Part shown: positions 37,274 through 50,700 of the stretch, in pieces
Layout of the letters: each line of letters opens with the position of its first letter
How positions within the stretch are numbered: position 1 is the first letter of the stretch
NCBI GenBank assembly: GCA_030264375.1
Contig: JASCQW010000072.1
Location: 103,998,960-104,062,959 of the forward strand
DNA length: 64,000 bases
DNA from: Carcharhinus longimanus
Taxonomy: Eukaryota
Direction: 5' to 3'
Made by a program: the position numbers and the translations under genes
The notes under the pieces: model-generated
The model's input: the letters and a program-made list of their open reading frames with translations, nothing else
What the model was told of the DNA's origin: nothing
The model's database searches: none

Positions 37274-38214
37274 CTTCATGAACCAACAAAAGGACAAAAA
37301 GACTAGTTTAGAATCACTAACAATTCACCAAATTGCAAAAGATATACAAATCATCACAAGTTAGCAGAGCTTTATTTTCAAATGGAATAACCTTTGTTGC
37401 TTAAAAAACCAGAATGGGTAAAAATAGCAATGATGAAAGCATGCTCACAATGATAGAAATGAGATGAATTCTCTACTGTAACAAGGCTGTTCAGATTTTC
37501 AGTATAATATTTTGGTTATGTGTTGCTCATAAGTTTCAAATCTTGCACCTCCATTTTTCCCCAACATTGTCTATTTTCTAGTTTTTATCTTATCTTGTTT
37601 GCTTTCGATCTTTTCAGTCACCTTTCCTTCAAGAACTGCTCAGTCTTAGACATATTGGCTATGTTATGAAATTAGTAATCCGAATGCCTGGATTAACGTT
37701 CTAGGGACAGGGTTCAAATCCCACCACAGCAGCTGAGAAATTTAAATTCAGTTAATTAAATAAATCTGAAATAAGTTGGCATTAGTAATGGTGACCATGA
37801 AACTATGCCTGAATTGTTGTAAAACCTCATCTGATTCACTAATGCCCTTTAGGAAAGGAAATCTTCCATCTTCATCCAGTCCAGCGTATATGGATTCCAA
37901 ACCCATAGCAATGTGTTTACTCTTAACTGCCCGGTGAACTGATCAGTAAGTCACTCAGTTACATCAAACGACTATGAAAGACATGAATAAGGATAAAACT
38001 GGACCAACTGCCCAGCATTAACCTTAACGCCAGACATGATAAAAGCATACCCAGCTCAGTTGACCCTGCAAAGTCGTATTCAGGATTCCATGCAGGTAAA
38101 ACAGCAGAAGCAGTATGCCACAGCAGTGTGAAAGAATCCCACAATAAATCAAATCACAAAAGATCAAAGCTCTGCAATCCTGCCACATCCAGTTGTTCTT
38201 TTTATATACTTTCA

Positions 38215-39600
38215 CAGGATCTGGTCGCTGGTTAGGGCAGTATTTATTGTCTCTCCCTCATTGCTCTTGTGAAGATGGCGGTGAGCCACCTTTTTGAACT
38301 GCTACAGAGGATGTGGAGTAGGTACATCCACAATGCCGTTAGGGAGGGACTTCCAAGACAGTGAAGGAGGGTTATATATTTCCAACTCAAGATGATGAGT
38401 GGCTTGGAGGAGAACTTGCAGGTGGTGGTGTTCCCATCCATCTGTTGTCCTTGTATTTCTAGGTGATAGAGTTTGCAGGTTTGGAGGATGCTGTCAAAAG
38501 AGCTTCGCTGACTTGCTACAGTGCATCTCGTAGAAAGGAAAGGTGGTGGAGGGGTGCCAATCAAACAGACTACCTTATCCAGGATTCGGCTGAACTTCTT
38601 GACCACACATCCAGGCAATGGAGAATATTCGATCACGCTCCCGATTTGTGCCTTGTAGATAGCGGAAAGGCTTTGGGGAGTCAGTGGGTGAGTTACGTGC
38701 TGCAGAATTCCCAACCTTTGACTACTCTTGTAGCCACAGTATTTATATGGCTACTCCAGTTCAGTTTGTGGTCAATGGTAACCTCCATTGTTGATAGAGG
38801 GGAATTCAGCAATGATCATGAGATTAAATGTTCAGGGGCATGTGGTTGGATTCCCTCTTGTTGGAGATGGTCATTGCCAGACTTGTGTGATACAAATGTT
38901 ATTTTGTATTTATCAGTCCAAGCCTGAATGTTGTCCAAGTCTTGCTGCATATGGACATGGACTACTTCCATATTTGAAGAATTCTGATTAGTGCTGAACA
39001 CTGTGCAATCATCACTGAAAATCCACACTTGCAGACTTCATGATGGAAGGAAGGCTGGTTAAGCAGAAGATGGTTGGGCCTAGAACATTATCCTGAGAAA
39101 TTCCTGCAGTAATGCTCTGGGACTGAGATGGTTGACCTCCAACTGCCACAACCTCCTTTGTATTAAGAATGAATCTGACCTATGAAAAGTTTTCCCCCCG
39201 ATTCCCACTGACTCCAGTTTTACTAGGGATCCTTGATGCCCTATTCGCTCAAATGAAAGCTGCCAAAGTGCCAGAAAACCGTAGGCTGCTCTCCCCTGTT
39301 TTGAGAGACAGGGAGCTAAATAGTGGTGATTTAACCCCAGGGTCACCACACTCAAGCATGGGATAAGGCTGAGAAGGGATAGCCTTCATGAATAACCTCA
39401 GCAGGTACAGGAACTGAATCTGCGCTGTTGACATTGCTTCGCACAATGAACCAGCCATCCAGCCAATTGAACTAACCAACTCTCACTGCTGTTGCCTTGA
39501 AATCAAGTACAGTCACTTGCACTTCATCTCCTGAATTCAGCTCTTGTGTATTTTTGGACCAAGTCTGTAATGAGATCAAGAGCTGAGTGTTCTTTGTGGG
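38215..39600 (-). mobile_element. Degenerate LINE RT fragment interrupted by a SINE (about 39267-39480)
   Basis: RT-like pieces VTVLDFKATA, FERIGHQGSLVKLESVGIGGKT, FSDDCTVF and PQSLSAIYKAQIGSVIEYSPL with frameshifts; the nested SINE family recurs at 52495-52665. Confidence 0.8.
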
Positions 39601-42074
39601 GCCCCGGTTAAAAAAAAGTTTTACACACACACACACATACACACTCACACACACAGACAAAATCATGCAAAGGGAGGGAAATACTGAATTCAACTGACGT
39701 CATGCTCCCAGAGAAAGGGGTTTATTAAAGCCAAATGAAGCTTTCGATACATTGGCTACCATTGATTTAGCAAGCGGTTAGGAATAGGCGCCAGCAGCCA
39801 ATGAGGGCACTCACAGCAGCCAAGGTTTATTATTACAATAATGGTTCGGGGTCTAGAATTCCTCAACGAAGTTTAAGACTTGAGTGCCCGACTAATTTAT
39901 ATACATACATATTATATTATGTATACAGCATGGATTAAAACAGAACAGACCTGCTGGAGAGTTTTGTTACTGTCTCTCAGCACTCTCTGCAGTACTTTAC
40001 AGAACAAAAAAAAGTTATCAGCGGCTCACCTTTCTCGCTTTTCCCTTTCGGGGGAGGGTGTGTGTGTGTGGGGTGGCGGGGGGAGGGGGGCTGGGAGGGG
40101 GTCACTCTTTCTTTGAGTTTGGGAAGAGGAACGGAGTGACGCCATTTTTTATTGAAACACTCTCTCCCCAGCTTTTTTCACAGAGAGAGGAAAAAAGGAG
40201 CTCTTTCAATTTGTAATTTTACAGGATTTACCCAGAATTGCATTTTGCAAAATGATATAAAATGCAGAACTGATGGGTGCCAACGTGATCCTATCGTGGA
40301 TTGAATAATGTGCAAACGCAAGAGGGAAGGGGGGTGTTTATAGGAAAATTAAAATAGGAATCTTCTGCCCCAAGTTTTTTTTCCCCCCGCGGGCCTTACA
40401 CTCACAGAGAGGAGGGAGGGCAATTGTTGCAGTGACTTTGTATGTAGGCAGGAGGGTCCCATTACACTTTTAAATTTGAAGACCAAAAGTGTTGTGAAAA
40501 AAAGAGAATAATTCGGAAGAGGAGGGGGGAAGTAAAGGTCAGTGAACTTGTCAAAAGTTCTTGATGTTGTTGTGAGCGAAGGGGGTTCGAACCCCCTAGA
40601 ATGCAACGTGAAGGGGGAAAGGGGACAAATTGATTTTGGACAGGGGACTGTACAAAAACAACACAATTCACCGCGGAAACCAGGAAGCAGAGAGAGAGAA
40701 AAAACTTCATCCAATACATTTCAACGTGAAAGTGCTTGATCAAAAGCCTGCTAATAAAAAATGCAACAGTATGATGAAAGCATATTTGGTGCCATAACTG
40801 ATATTATGGTCCTGAAATAGTCGCACTATGAAATAGGATTGCATGTTCTTGCGGGCTTTCGAAACTTTTTCTATCCTTTAATCAGAGGCAAAATAAAACG
40901 TTGTTTCAACCTCTACCAAGATTGAGGCTATTGTCAGGTCTTAAAGACCTGACCTTCCCCAAGCGGGGGCAATAAAACCCCAAATTCGATCGCACACATT
41001 TACACTGCCCACGAGTAACACAAAATAATATTTAAAAGATATGCGTGTACCCCGCTTCAAACCACTGACTCCCGGTCCTTCTGTAAACTTAATCAACTAA
41101 ACTTTGTTTAACTGTGGCAGCTGGAGGTGAATTTTTGGTTTTATTTTTAAATCAGTAAGTAAGTAAATTAGATGACAGGAGCCAATGGCTCCACTCCGGG
41201 AACCTCTTGCCTGCGGTTTAATGAAATTAATCGTTACCGTTAACACAGGTTGGTGCAGTACGTGGGATTAAAACACTTGCTGTCTGCAAAATAATGTGCA
41301 AAAATCACCCAATTAAAGCAATTATTATAAAACATGCTTGGTTTATTTGTACAGGCATAATGGCAGAGGTTGTGTCAACTCATACAGGGTACACAAAACC
41401 CCGAAAATTACCTTGTCGAAAAGCATTTTAAACCATCTGTGCAATCCGTTTGAACAGGTCTTATTACAGTCACAGTTTACGTCTCTCTCGGTTTCTGTAT
41501 CATTGGTGGACATTGTAAAGTCGCTTCATTTAAAGAACTTCCTCTCCCAAAAGGCCGCGGCGAAGACATTCGGTTTCAGGAAAGCTAATAAGTTGGCAAA
41601 TCAACGTATTAAACCTCTCACACCCCGGCACTCTCTGTCGCACACACACACACACACACACACTACACATGCACTTCATCCAACTCAAGTAGTCGAAATC
41701 ATTTATTCGTGCAAGTGCAGAAACGGACCTCGTCTCCTTGTATTAGCAAACCGAACTACCAAGTACCTTTCACAATCCACAGAATACTTAAAGTCCTCTT
41801 GTCTACTCCAGTCGATAGAATGTGGAGATGCACGATTTCTGACAACTTATTCCAGCGTCCGTGCCTTGCGGATACTTTATGCCTATCTGTGTACTGAACA
41901 CAAAATGTATTTTGAGCTATCACACCAACACAAACTGAGATAATATTACTTATTCTCCGCCTGCACTGTGCTGTATCTCCTTCCTGGTTAACTCTAATGT
42001 CCCTCATACTCGGCTGCAGGAATCATTAAGAGCAGAACAGACGCATCTCTGAGCGAAAAACCGTCCGCCGTTTC

Positions 42075-42370
42075 ATAGAATTCCTACACTGCAGAAGGAG
42101 GCCATTTGACCCATCGAGCCTGTACCGACAACAATCCTGTCCAGGCCCTCACCCCATTTTTACCCTGCTAGCTCCCCGACACTAAATTTAACATGGCCAA
42201 TCCACTTAACCTGCTCATCTTTGGACTGTGGGAAGGAAACCGGAGCACCCGAAAGAAACCCTCGCAGACACGGGGAGAACGTGCACATACAGTGACCCCC
42301 CGAGGTTGATTTGAACCCGGGTCCCTGGCGCTGCGAGGCAACAGTGCTAACCACGGTGCCACCGCGCCAT
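42075..42370 (-). mobile_element. HE1-like SINE
   Basis: Same family as 11080-11410. Confidence 0.8.
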
Positions 42371-43994
42371 ATCATTAATCTTTTTAATCTTAGTACACGT
42401 GGGGGAATACACGCACTTGGCTAACTCCTGGAGAACGCTGCTATTTGGCTCAAAAGGTCAATTAGAGAATCGGGTTCAAAGCATACTCAAGGTAAGCTGG
42501 AATGGGTTGAGGTGTACACTGTTCTGCATTGGGAGGGGTGGGGGTACTCAGGCAAAGGGTTTCTTGTCAGGGCAATTATGTTACAGGCCTATTTCCACAT
42601 GACAGCTGGATAAACAGTATCTCTGATAAACATCTCTAATTAGGGAGGAGGGTCTGTATTGCAAGGCGTTTGATTTATTACCGAGGTATGGTCCACTACC
42701 CATGTACAGTAGCACCTTCACCTAACCCCCAGCTCCCACAGTAACCAGAGAAAAAAATCACACTGAATGATTTATGATCCTTAGACGGGAAAGGGGGGAA
42801 AGTGAAATTCAGACGAGTAACAGCCACTTAAGGCGAGTTGGGCTGTGTTTTTACTTAAATGAAACAAAGCAAAAACATATTTTCAACAAGATTCTGAAAA
42901 AGGGTTGCTAAATTCTAGTTTCGATTCGTAAAACAGGTAGCTCTGGTTGATGTCTACGGAGCAATTCATCCCGATTAGTGTCACTGGAGCTGTCCTCCCT
43001 CAGCACATCTGCAGACTTTTCACCATCACGGATATATTTTTTTTACATTTCATTTTTGTTTGCATTCTTATCGTGACACAGGACTCTGCCAACGAGTAAA
43101 CTGTCAGTGACCAAGCTCCCCTTACAATCGCCCCTGACACGCACAAGGGTGTGACAGGGATTGGTGTAATATGAAACTTTACCTCGACGAATAGCGTTAA
43201 TTAGACTCCGTTCAAACGACGAGCAGGAATCAAACAAGTTCCTGGGCTCACAACTGCTGCAAAGGCTGTGTGGAGCAACATTCTTGACACATTTTTTAAA
43301 GAGGTCAGCTTAAATGCAGGCAACTTCGAGAGGCTAAGAGATACCCGCCCTACAAACCCCCTACCACTCCTCACACCCGGAGAAACACCTCACAGAGGAG
43401 TCTGACAGAATTGAGGGCGAACGCAATGTTGCCAACACATTCCCCCCCCCCGCCTCCGCTACCCCCAAACCCCGCAGATAGACAACTGGGATATATGAAA
43501 AAAAACAGGTTTGGGTCTTTTCCCGTGCCACCTGTTACCAGACTGAGCAACTTTGCTGAAAGAAAATGCTACAGATCCGTCTCCCTCGCTCCCCACCGCA
43601 GACAAAAATCAACAGTCGTGGCTTCCTGGAGCAGTCCATTTTGAAATGATATCCGCCTTATCATATAGTTCAGATGGCCCATCGGAATACAAGCAGGAAG
43701 GGTGCGAGTTGGAACAATTCGGAGGAGCGACCTCAAAAGGCAGATTTCTTTTACAAGAGGAATTATGTCAGTCACACCGAGGCTGCACAGTCAGAAATAT
43801 TTTAAAATGTTATGGGGAGGAAATGATAAGAGTTAGGAGGGATTAGAAAAGACAAGCTGGAGATCAAAACTGCCAGAATGTCAGCAGGAAAGTGAGGCAC
43901 ACACAAAGTGAAATAAAAGGAAAACAGATAGAGAAGGTGTGGGGAAGAAGCCACAAGCAATTGTAAGGTAAGGGCGAAGCAGGATCTACAGTAC

Positions 43995-44230
43995 CTGAAT
44001 CAGGTCGCACTGTGTGGCAACACCGCTTCCCAGGTCTGCCAGCCAGCCCTTCTCGGTGGAAGAAGCAGTGGGAGGTTTTGGTCGCCAATATTTTCACGTT
44101 GGGCTCTTCTCGCTCAGAGTTTAAATGTCACCGGGACTATGGGACGGGTTTTCGTTCAAACACAAACTTTCCCCCTTAATAGCAGTGTCAGCTCGCCGCT
44201 GATTGGACAGTGCCGCCTGCGTGACGCAAG
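43995..44230 (-). promoter_or_regulatory. PAX6: PAX6 P0 promoter and exon 0
   Basis: CCAAT (44202-44206), TATTAA (44176-44181), TGACATTTAAACTCTG shared with the mammalian P0 transcript 5' end; donor CAG|GTACTG at 43995/43994. Confidence 0.8.
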
Positions 44231-47200
44231 GACACTCTTGTGCAAACACCAGGGCTGCACTTAACGCCGGGCCTAGCGCCGCTCTCCTTTTCAAGTGGAG
44301 ACTTCCCCTCTCTGCTTTGAGATGTCCCTCCCCAACCACCAACCTCCTCGCGTTAAAGAAACGCCGTTTTGTGGGTTATAGAAAAAGACCGGAAGCACTC
44401 AGCCAATGTTGAATATGTTTTTTCTTTTTTAAAAAAATGCCAAACTTATAATCCCCCTTTAAGAAATCAGACTGGCCCGCTTGTTTGCCTTATATGGCCA
44501 TTTATCCTAAAACAACATCGCAAGTAATGAGTCCATAAAGTTTTCATAGTTCTCTCAGATTGGTGTTGATGGAGGCATAATGAATTTAGTCATCATTATA
44601 TAAATATATGAATATGCAAATGTGTTCCAAAGTCTATATCTGATATATCATATAAACGAGAACAGATAATCCTGCAAAATTACACAGTGGCGATATTTTA
44701 ATGATGGATGCTGTATTACGCTGAATGTTGCTTGTATTTTTTGTGAGAATTTTACATCTTACGGCAATTTTCCCTCCCATCGCCGATTCTTGTCTCTCAG
44801 ACCCTGGCCCCACTCGGTGTTTGTGAGGATGTTTTGTGGTCACACATGTACAACAGGGTAAAGAAAGTGATGTTCATCTGGTGTGAAGTGTTAGACACCA
44901 GACCTCATATAACAATTATTCACGCAATTAAGTCCCACTGCCCGACATTAAGTGGGAAAACATTCGCCAGAACTAATAATTGCTGGATACAATTTATCAT
45001 TCACCTCAAGTCTTCCTCCGTGATTTCGTCCGAACTCGCCAATAAAGTAAACATTGATCCATTGCTTCTCGGTCCTGTTGATTGAATGGGTTCAGTCAGG
45101 TAGAAAAATCAACTTTCTGCTTCTGGCTGGATACCTTCATTAAAACGGTAACTAGCCTCAGCACAGCGAAAACAGATCGAAAGTGCAACCCCTCCAACAG
45201 TCTTACCTGACCCTTCCATCTTTCAAAAGAACACCGTTGCGCGCACAGCCTGTGCAAATGCCTTAAATACTTGTCAAGAAAAATAAAATCAAGCTTCACA
45301 TTTCACCGTCTAATGTAAGGCGCGCTAATAAAGGTGTGATTTATTCTCCTCTTTCATCCTTCAGAATATCTGGAAATACAAGGAGGCTGGAAAGCGAGCT
45401 CTGAGAATCGCTGCACTTTCCTAAACCCCCTATCTTCGCTACAGTCAGACGTGAGCATTTTGGACCTTATTAATTGTTAAAGGAACATTTGAGGTCACTC
45501 AGTTTGAATGTATAAATCAGAGCATTGTAGACAGACATTTGTCTATATACTGGGCTCCTATGATCTTGAGTGTGCTTGCAGACTCATGCACATATATACT
45601 TGCATCTGCCAGTGCCTATATCCAGTAGGGTTTACACGCATTCATTTTGCACATTTTTTTTCTTGACGATTTTCTTCAGCTTATTTGGACATTTAATTTA
45701 TCACACTAACATGCTCTCTGAACAGTGTCAGTGCAGTGTTGCTGGGGGTTTTTTTCCCGATAGGCTATTATTTACACACATTTTGCAGAGTAAATAATTT
45801 ATTAGATTCTTCCCTCACACTACCCATTCTCAGCCACGCGTTTACGAGTTATAATGAAACATCCCAGGAAAATGATCTTCACGCGTGTTGCACTGTCTTG
45901 GTCCCTCAACTGCGTGTTCCTAGCGAGCCGGAGTTTCACTGTGAAAGTTGAAGGACTAAAGGACAAATGTGACCCATTTGGGGCAACTTCTTGTGAAACT
46001 ACGCTCAGTTACTGATTTTTTAAAAAAATATATATATATGTCAAATGACTTATTCATTGAAGAGCCAGTTGCAATGTTCTTCTATAGTGACGCGAGAATG
46101 CTCATTGTTCCAAATTCAACCGTATTTGCTCCACGCCAGTCAACTTTGTTAATTAAAGGTAGGATATTCTTTGTCACTTTACTTTTCAGTCGACATAATT
46201 GAGGCAATGGTTGTTTAAAATAAATGTGTGTGCACTTACAATGTTAGGCAGGAAACAGAGGCAAATGGTGTTTGCTCCCACCGTGGGTTCTGGTGGAACA
46301 ATATGTTGGCAAGTATGCGCAGGAGGTGAGCGGATGTTTCAACAGATTTTTTTTTAAAAAGCAAGGAGAACATCAGGGGAAGGTGTTTTGCTAATGATTC
46401 AACCCCCTATAAGGGGCTGGGAGCTCGGAAACCGTGCAACCGGTCAGGGTTCTCCAAGGGAGCGCTGGAAACGCCGCGGCGGCCCCCTTATCTGTCTCTC
46501 AGCAAAGACGGAGAGCGCAGCTAAAACAGAGCCAGGTGTTACCTTGCTCTCTTCCAGCCGCGCAACTCTCCAAAAGGAGATCATCCGTGAATCAATCTGT
46601 GCCGCCAGACCCGTCGCCAGAGCGCAAGCTTGTTTAAACGGCCTACATCACGAGCATTTGATGAGTTGATTTTTTGTTTTAACAGTGGATAGGTGTCAGA
46701 GGGAGCGGATACTAACTGATTGCTAATGTGGTGTTGCAAACATGGGGCTGTTTCATCTGGTTTGTGTGTGTGTGTGTGTGTGTGTTAAAAGTCCTGCACT
46801 GTGATTACATTTGGAAAGAAAGCAATAAATATAATATGGGTCAATTTTTAGTTAAGATGCCAGGCGTTAGATACTACAGTTTTATGATTCTTAACTATCT
46901 CAGATGCTGTGAAGACCTTTTATCCAAACCGAAATAGCAGAAATATTGTGACTGTGGAATTTACAGCGTCAATTCTGTTGTTACTTTATATATTAAAAAT
47001 GATTTATGTCAGCTAGCCACCCACCTTATGGTCGCTGTGATTATTTTAACAAGTTCCTTACAGTACATTGAATCACAAAGTAAACACAATGCTCTGAGAC
47101 AACCTTTTGTCTTCCCGGTAACATGAACAATTATATTCTGGCATATTTGGTCCATAAAGGATGCAATTCTTGTACATCGCTTTACGGTGGGGATAAAAGA

Positions 47201-50139
47201 TGTCAAGTTAGAACCCCATTGTACATTTCACAGTCCCTGTGGGTGCAATGAATAGTGTGTTCTGTCGTGTGGAAATTGATTGCCTTCAATTGGTGTAAGT
47301 TTACATGGCAGCATCAAAATGTATTACAAGTGTGGAGTATTTCGACACAATTAAATGTCATTGATTCTATAGCAATACGCGTTCGCAAGCATCTCTTAAA
47401 AGATGTTCCTTGTGTATACACTGCTGATTTTGTGGAGTTAACAGAAATAAGTAGAAGATAGTCCCTAAGCTGGGAAAACATGTCCAACATTTCAGTAAAC
47501 AGGTGTCGGGTTTAAGATGTCTTTTCCATGTTTAAGGGTCTTTATCTGATGGTCCTGAACTGACAAGCAAAGCAATTGTTCATTCGATTTGCAGTTCACA
47601 CGATATCTCCATAATGCTTTTTAAAGTGCATTTTAAAGAGCCCGATGCATTCTAAGTCATCTTCCGCGTTCAACTGGCAATGATACAAGAAAACCTAATG
47701 CTAACAAATCCCCACTTCCTGTTAAAAGCAATGAGCATGGCAGAATATCCGATAACTCATCAATGTGCCTATTCATTAGGCAACTTCAAGAAAATGAAAA
47801 GCTGCATTGCAAAGGTGCCCTTTCTGAATGTGACCATCTACATGGTTCCTGCCAAAAAAAAGAATCTGCTGCTTGTTTAATGATGACATTCTGAACATGA
47901 GGTGCAGGACTCCCCTCAGAAATTTAAATAATTAACCTGCCTATTCGCGCAGTTTAAGTAACATCATGAACCTGGCCCACGCGTACTAAAATTCATTGCA
48001 GCAAAAAAATACCCCAGACCATGTTGAGTAGGTTGGAGACACATCCAGAGAATGTTTGTTTATTTTTTGGTTGCTTTATTCAGTTTGCCACGAGTGGCTG
48101 GGGAAAAAAAAAGTGGAATTGTGCGAAAATGTGCGTTTGCAGAGCGAAGCGGGTAGCAACGAAATTTGGAAGCGGGCNNNNNNNNNNNNNNNNNNNNNNN
48201 NNNNNNNNNNNNNNNNNNNNNNNNNNNNNNNNNNNNNNNNNNACTGCAGGAGCCACGCCAACGCGAAACTAAGACACAAGCATTAAGCTGCGAACAATAA
48301 TTGGCTCAATCTGTGATATCTGTTTATTTGTCTGACCCTTCTCCTCCCCAACCTCCGCATTTTAACACCATTCTTCCCCCAATGCCTTAAACATTCTTGA
48401 AATCCCCTTTAGTGGTACACAAGTATTTCCTCCTCCCCTTCTATCCAAACAGATAGTGTATTAGTCAATGAGGCTAGCTCCAAGTAGCAACAGTAATAGG
48501 TGTAGGGGCAGATCACGATTGCTGGATTGATGTAGAAAGCTCAAGATCCTGCTGCACCTAACGGTGAAAGAGATGGAGGCGATCTTAACGCGTTTTTTTA
48601 TGGGGTGAGGGGGTGGTTTAAAAAGTCTGACTCGTTATATTTTGCAACTTTATTGATTTTGTAAAACGACCTGCAAACAATAAGTGTTTGTTTTAGCTCC
48701 ACCTGCTTTCTTCCGACAGCCCGTGGAAGGAAGTACACACTAGGTATTTTAAACAGAGGGGGGGATGCGAGACTTGATCGGTTCAGGGGTAAAGCAACAG
48801 TCAGAATTAGTACACTTGCTGCATCGCTTCACTCCCTCAGCAAAATACAACGAAAGGAAAACACAGGAGCCTCGACTGGAAGGGTCCTGAAGTGGCCCTG
48901 CCGCCCCCCCCCCCCCCACCCGTCACTCCGATTTGTGATATGGGGTTCATTCAGACATTGAACCTGCTTCACAGTGAAAGACTTGATCGCCATGTGACTG
49001 CCGGACCCCACTCTCACTTAAAGCCCCGTTGCAAAGATAGTATCGTGTCCTGAACATTGGAATTAATTCCCGCGGCTTCACAAAACAGACAGACTTGTTC
49101 ACTGTGGTCTGGGGGAAGCGAGCAACAATATTTGGTTCACTCGCAGCTTTTGTGGATTTTGAGGACATGTCGAGTGCAGTGAGTGTGAGACACGCGGCAG
49201 GAAAGGAGCAGAGGCAGTGTTCGAAACCGATGTCCGGTTACAAAATACTGCTCGCCATCGCCTAACACGTTTCCCATCTTCCTTGCGTTATCCGTGCCAA
49301 ACGCAGGGTCTGCTGAAAGAATTCGTTTTAAAGTGGGACAGGGAGCAGATCCGCTCCAGAGTGAGGTTAAAAAATGTTGCATTTTATCATGTCCTGTCCA
49401 TTTAATATACAATCAACGCCAGGTACCAAGGCTTGCTTTGGAAATCGCCCTGGCTGCTAGCGTGCGTTAACCTAGCTCACATTGCCCGAACATGGTCTTT
49501 CTTGTTTCTTCCCCCCCCCCCCCCCCAAAAGAAAGCAAGGTTGGTTTGCGTCACTTAGGCAATCTCAGTCAAATGTAAGTTCAGATCTGAAGTGTCGGGC
49601 CTGATCTCACAGTGCTGCAAGTCTGGCTGTGAGTCTAATACCGTTCTGCACGAGCTGTTGCCGCATTCCCTTTAGTAACCAGACACTGACAAGCAATTGC
49701 AAAATGACTGACATCTGTCAATCCAAATGACAGGCGCGCCCTGAACAAACACCAACGCGCCACACCGAATCTTATCGATGTCCGGGGACACGCCGCGCCG
49801 GTGTGTGTGTTAAAACATCCATTGGGCTCACCAACCCCCCTCCGCTCCAACACACACACACACACACTCATACAAAAAAAACACACACGCGATTAATTCC
49901 CAAATACTATCTGCATGGCTATATTCGCCTCCATTTGCGTTACTTGTTTTGGAATTTAATTTGTCTACAAACTTGGTTTCACGTGGCAACCTGGTTACTT
50001 GTCTGCACTTTTTTTTAACTAAACCAGCCCACAGTTTCTGATTNNNNNNNNNNNNNNNNNNNNNNNNNNNNNNNNNNNNNNNCCCCCTCCAACCCTTCTC
50101 CTCCCCTCCCCATGCCGGTTTATGGGCTGAAGCATTAGT

Positions 50140-50420
50140 CGAATTCCCCGGGGCTGATTGAATGCAATTTGCCGTATGTCGACAGGCACGTCCTGTATGT
50201 TATAGATTCACTGTTTCTCGACGTGACAAGGACTGAGTTCGATCTACAATTGTAGTAGAAAGCGCAGTGAGCCGAGACGCAGCCTCCATCATTAAAGCCT
50301 CCCTTCTCCTCCAGGAAATAACAGGATGATTCATTTACACATAAACACTCATAAATATTCCATTAACAAGTAACGAGCACCTGTTTAATGAATGGCACCG
50401 CGCCGCTCTATCAATGTTCG
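50140..50420. promoter_or_regulatory. PAX6 ectodermal (lens) enhancer EE
   Basis: Minus strand TTAATGATG...TACAATTGTAGATCGAA...CCTTGTCACG...GTGAAT...CAGGACGTGCCTGTC matches the recalled mouse EE core; position upstream of P0 is as expected. Confidence 0.85.
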
Positions 50421-50579
50421 CACCAGAAATTGTTGCTCCCGAACTCACATATCACCATGTTTAACTTTTACCATAAATCGGGAATAACAACTGAGCTGTA
50501 ACAAGGGGATTTGCACTTACTCCTTGACCCTTGTAATTGGATTAAATATAGACGGAGACCCAAATATATATATATATAC

Positions 50580-50700
50580 ACACACCAAGATTGACACCTG
50601 CCAAGTGGACTTTCTTGTGATTGATTATAATTCTTGGTGCTGGAAACAATAATGAAATAAATTGTATGGATAAAGCAGCACATTTGTCATTTCGGTGTCA
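50580..50700. promoter_or_regulatory. PAX6 pancreatic enhancer
   Basis: Minus strand CATTATTGTTTCCAGCAC...AATCAATCA...AAGTCCACTTGGCAGGTGTCAATCTTG with Pbx/Meis-type sites, immediately distal to EE as in mouse. Confidence 0.8.

Noticed and set aside
38244-39355. ORFs of 90-156 aa
   Set aside because: Frameshifted LINE reverse-transcriptase remnants, not host genes.
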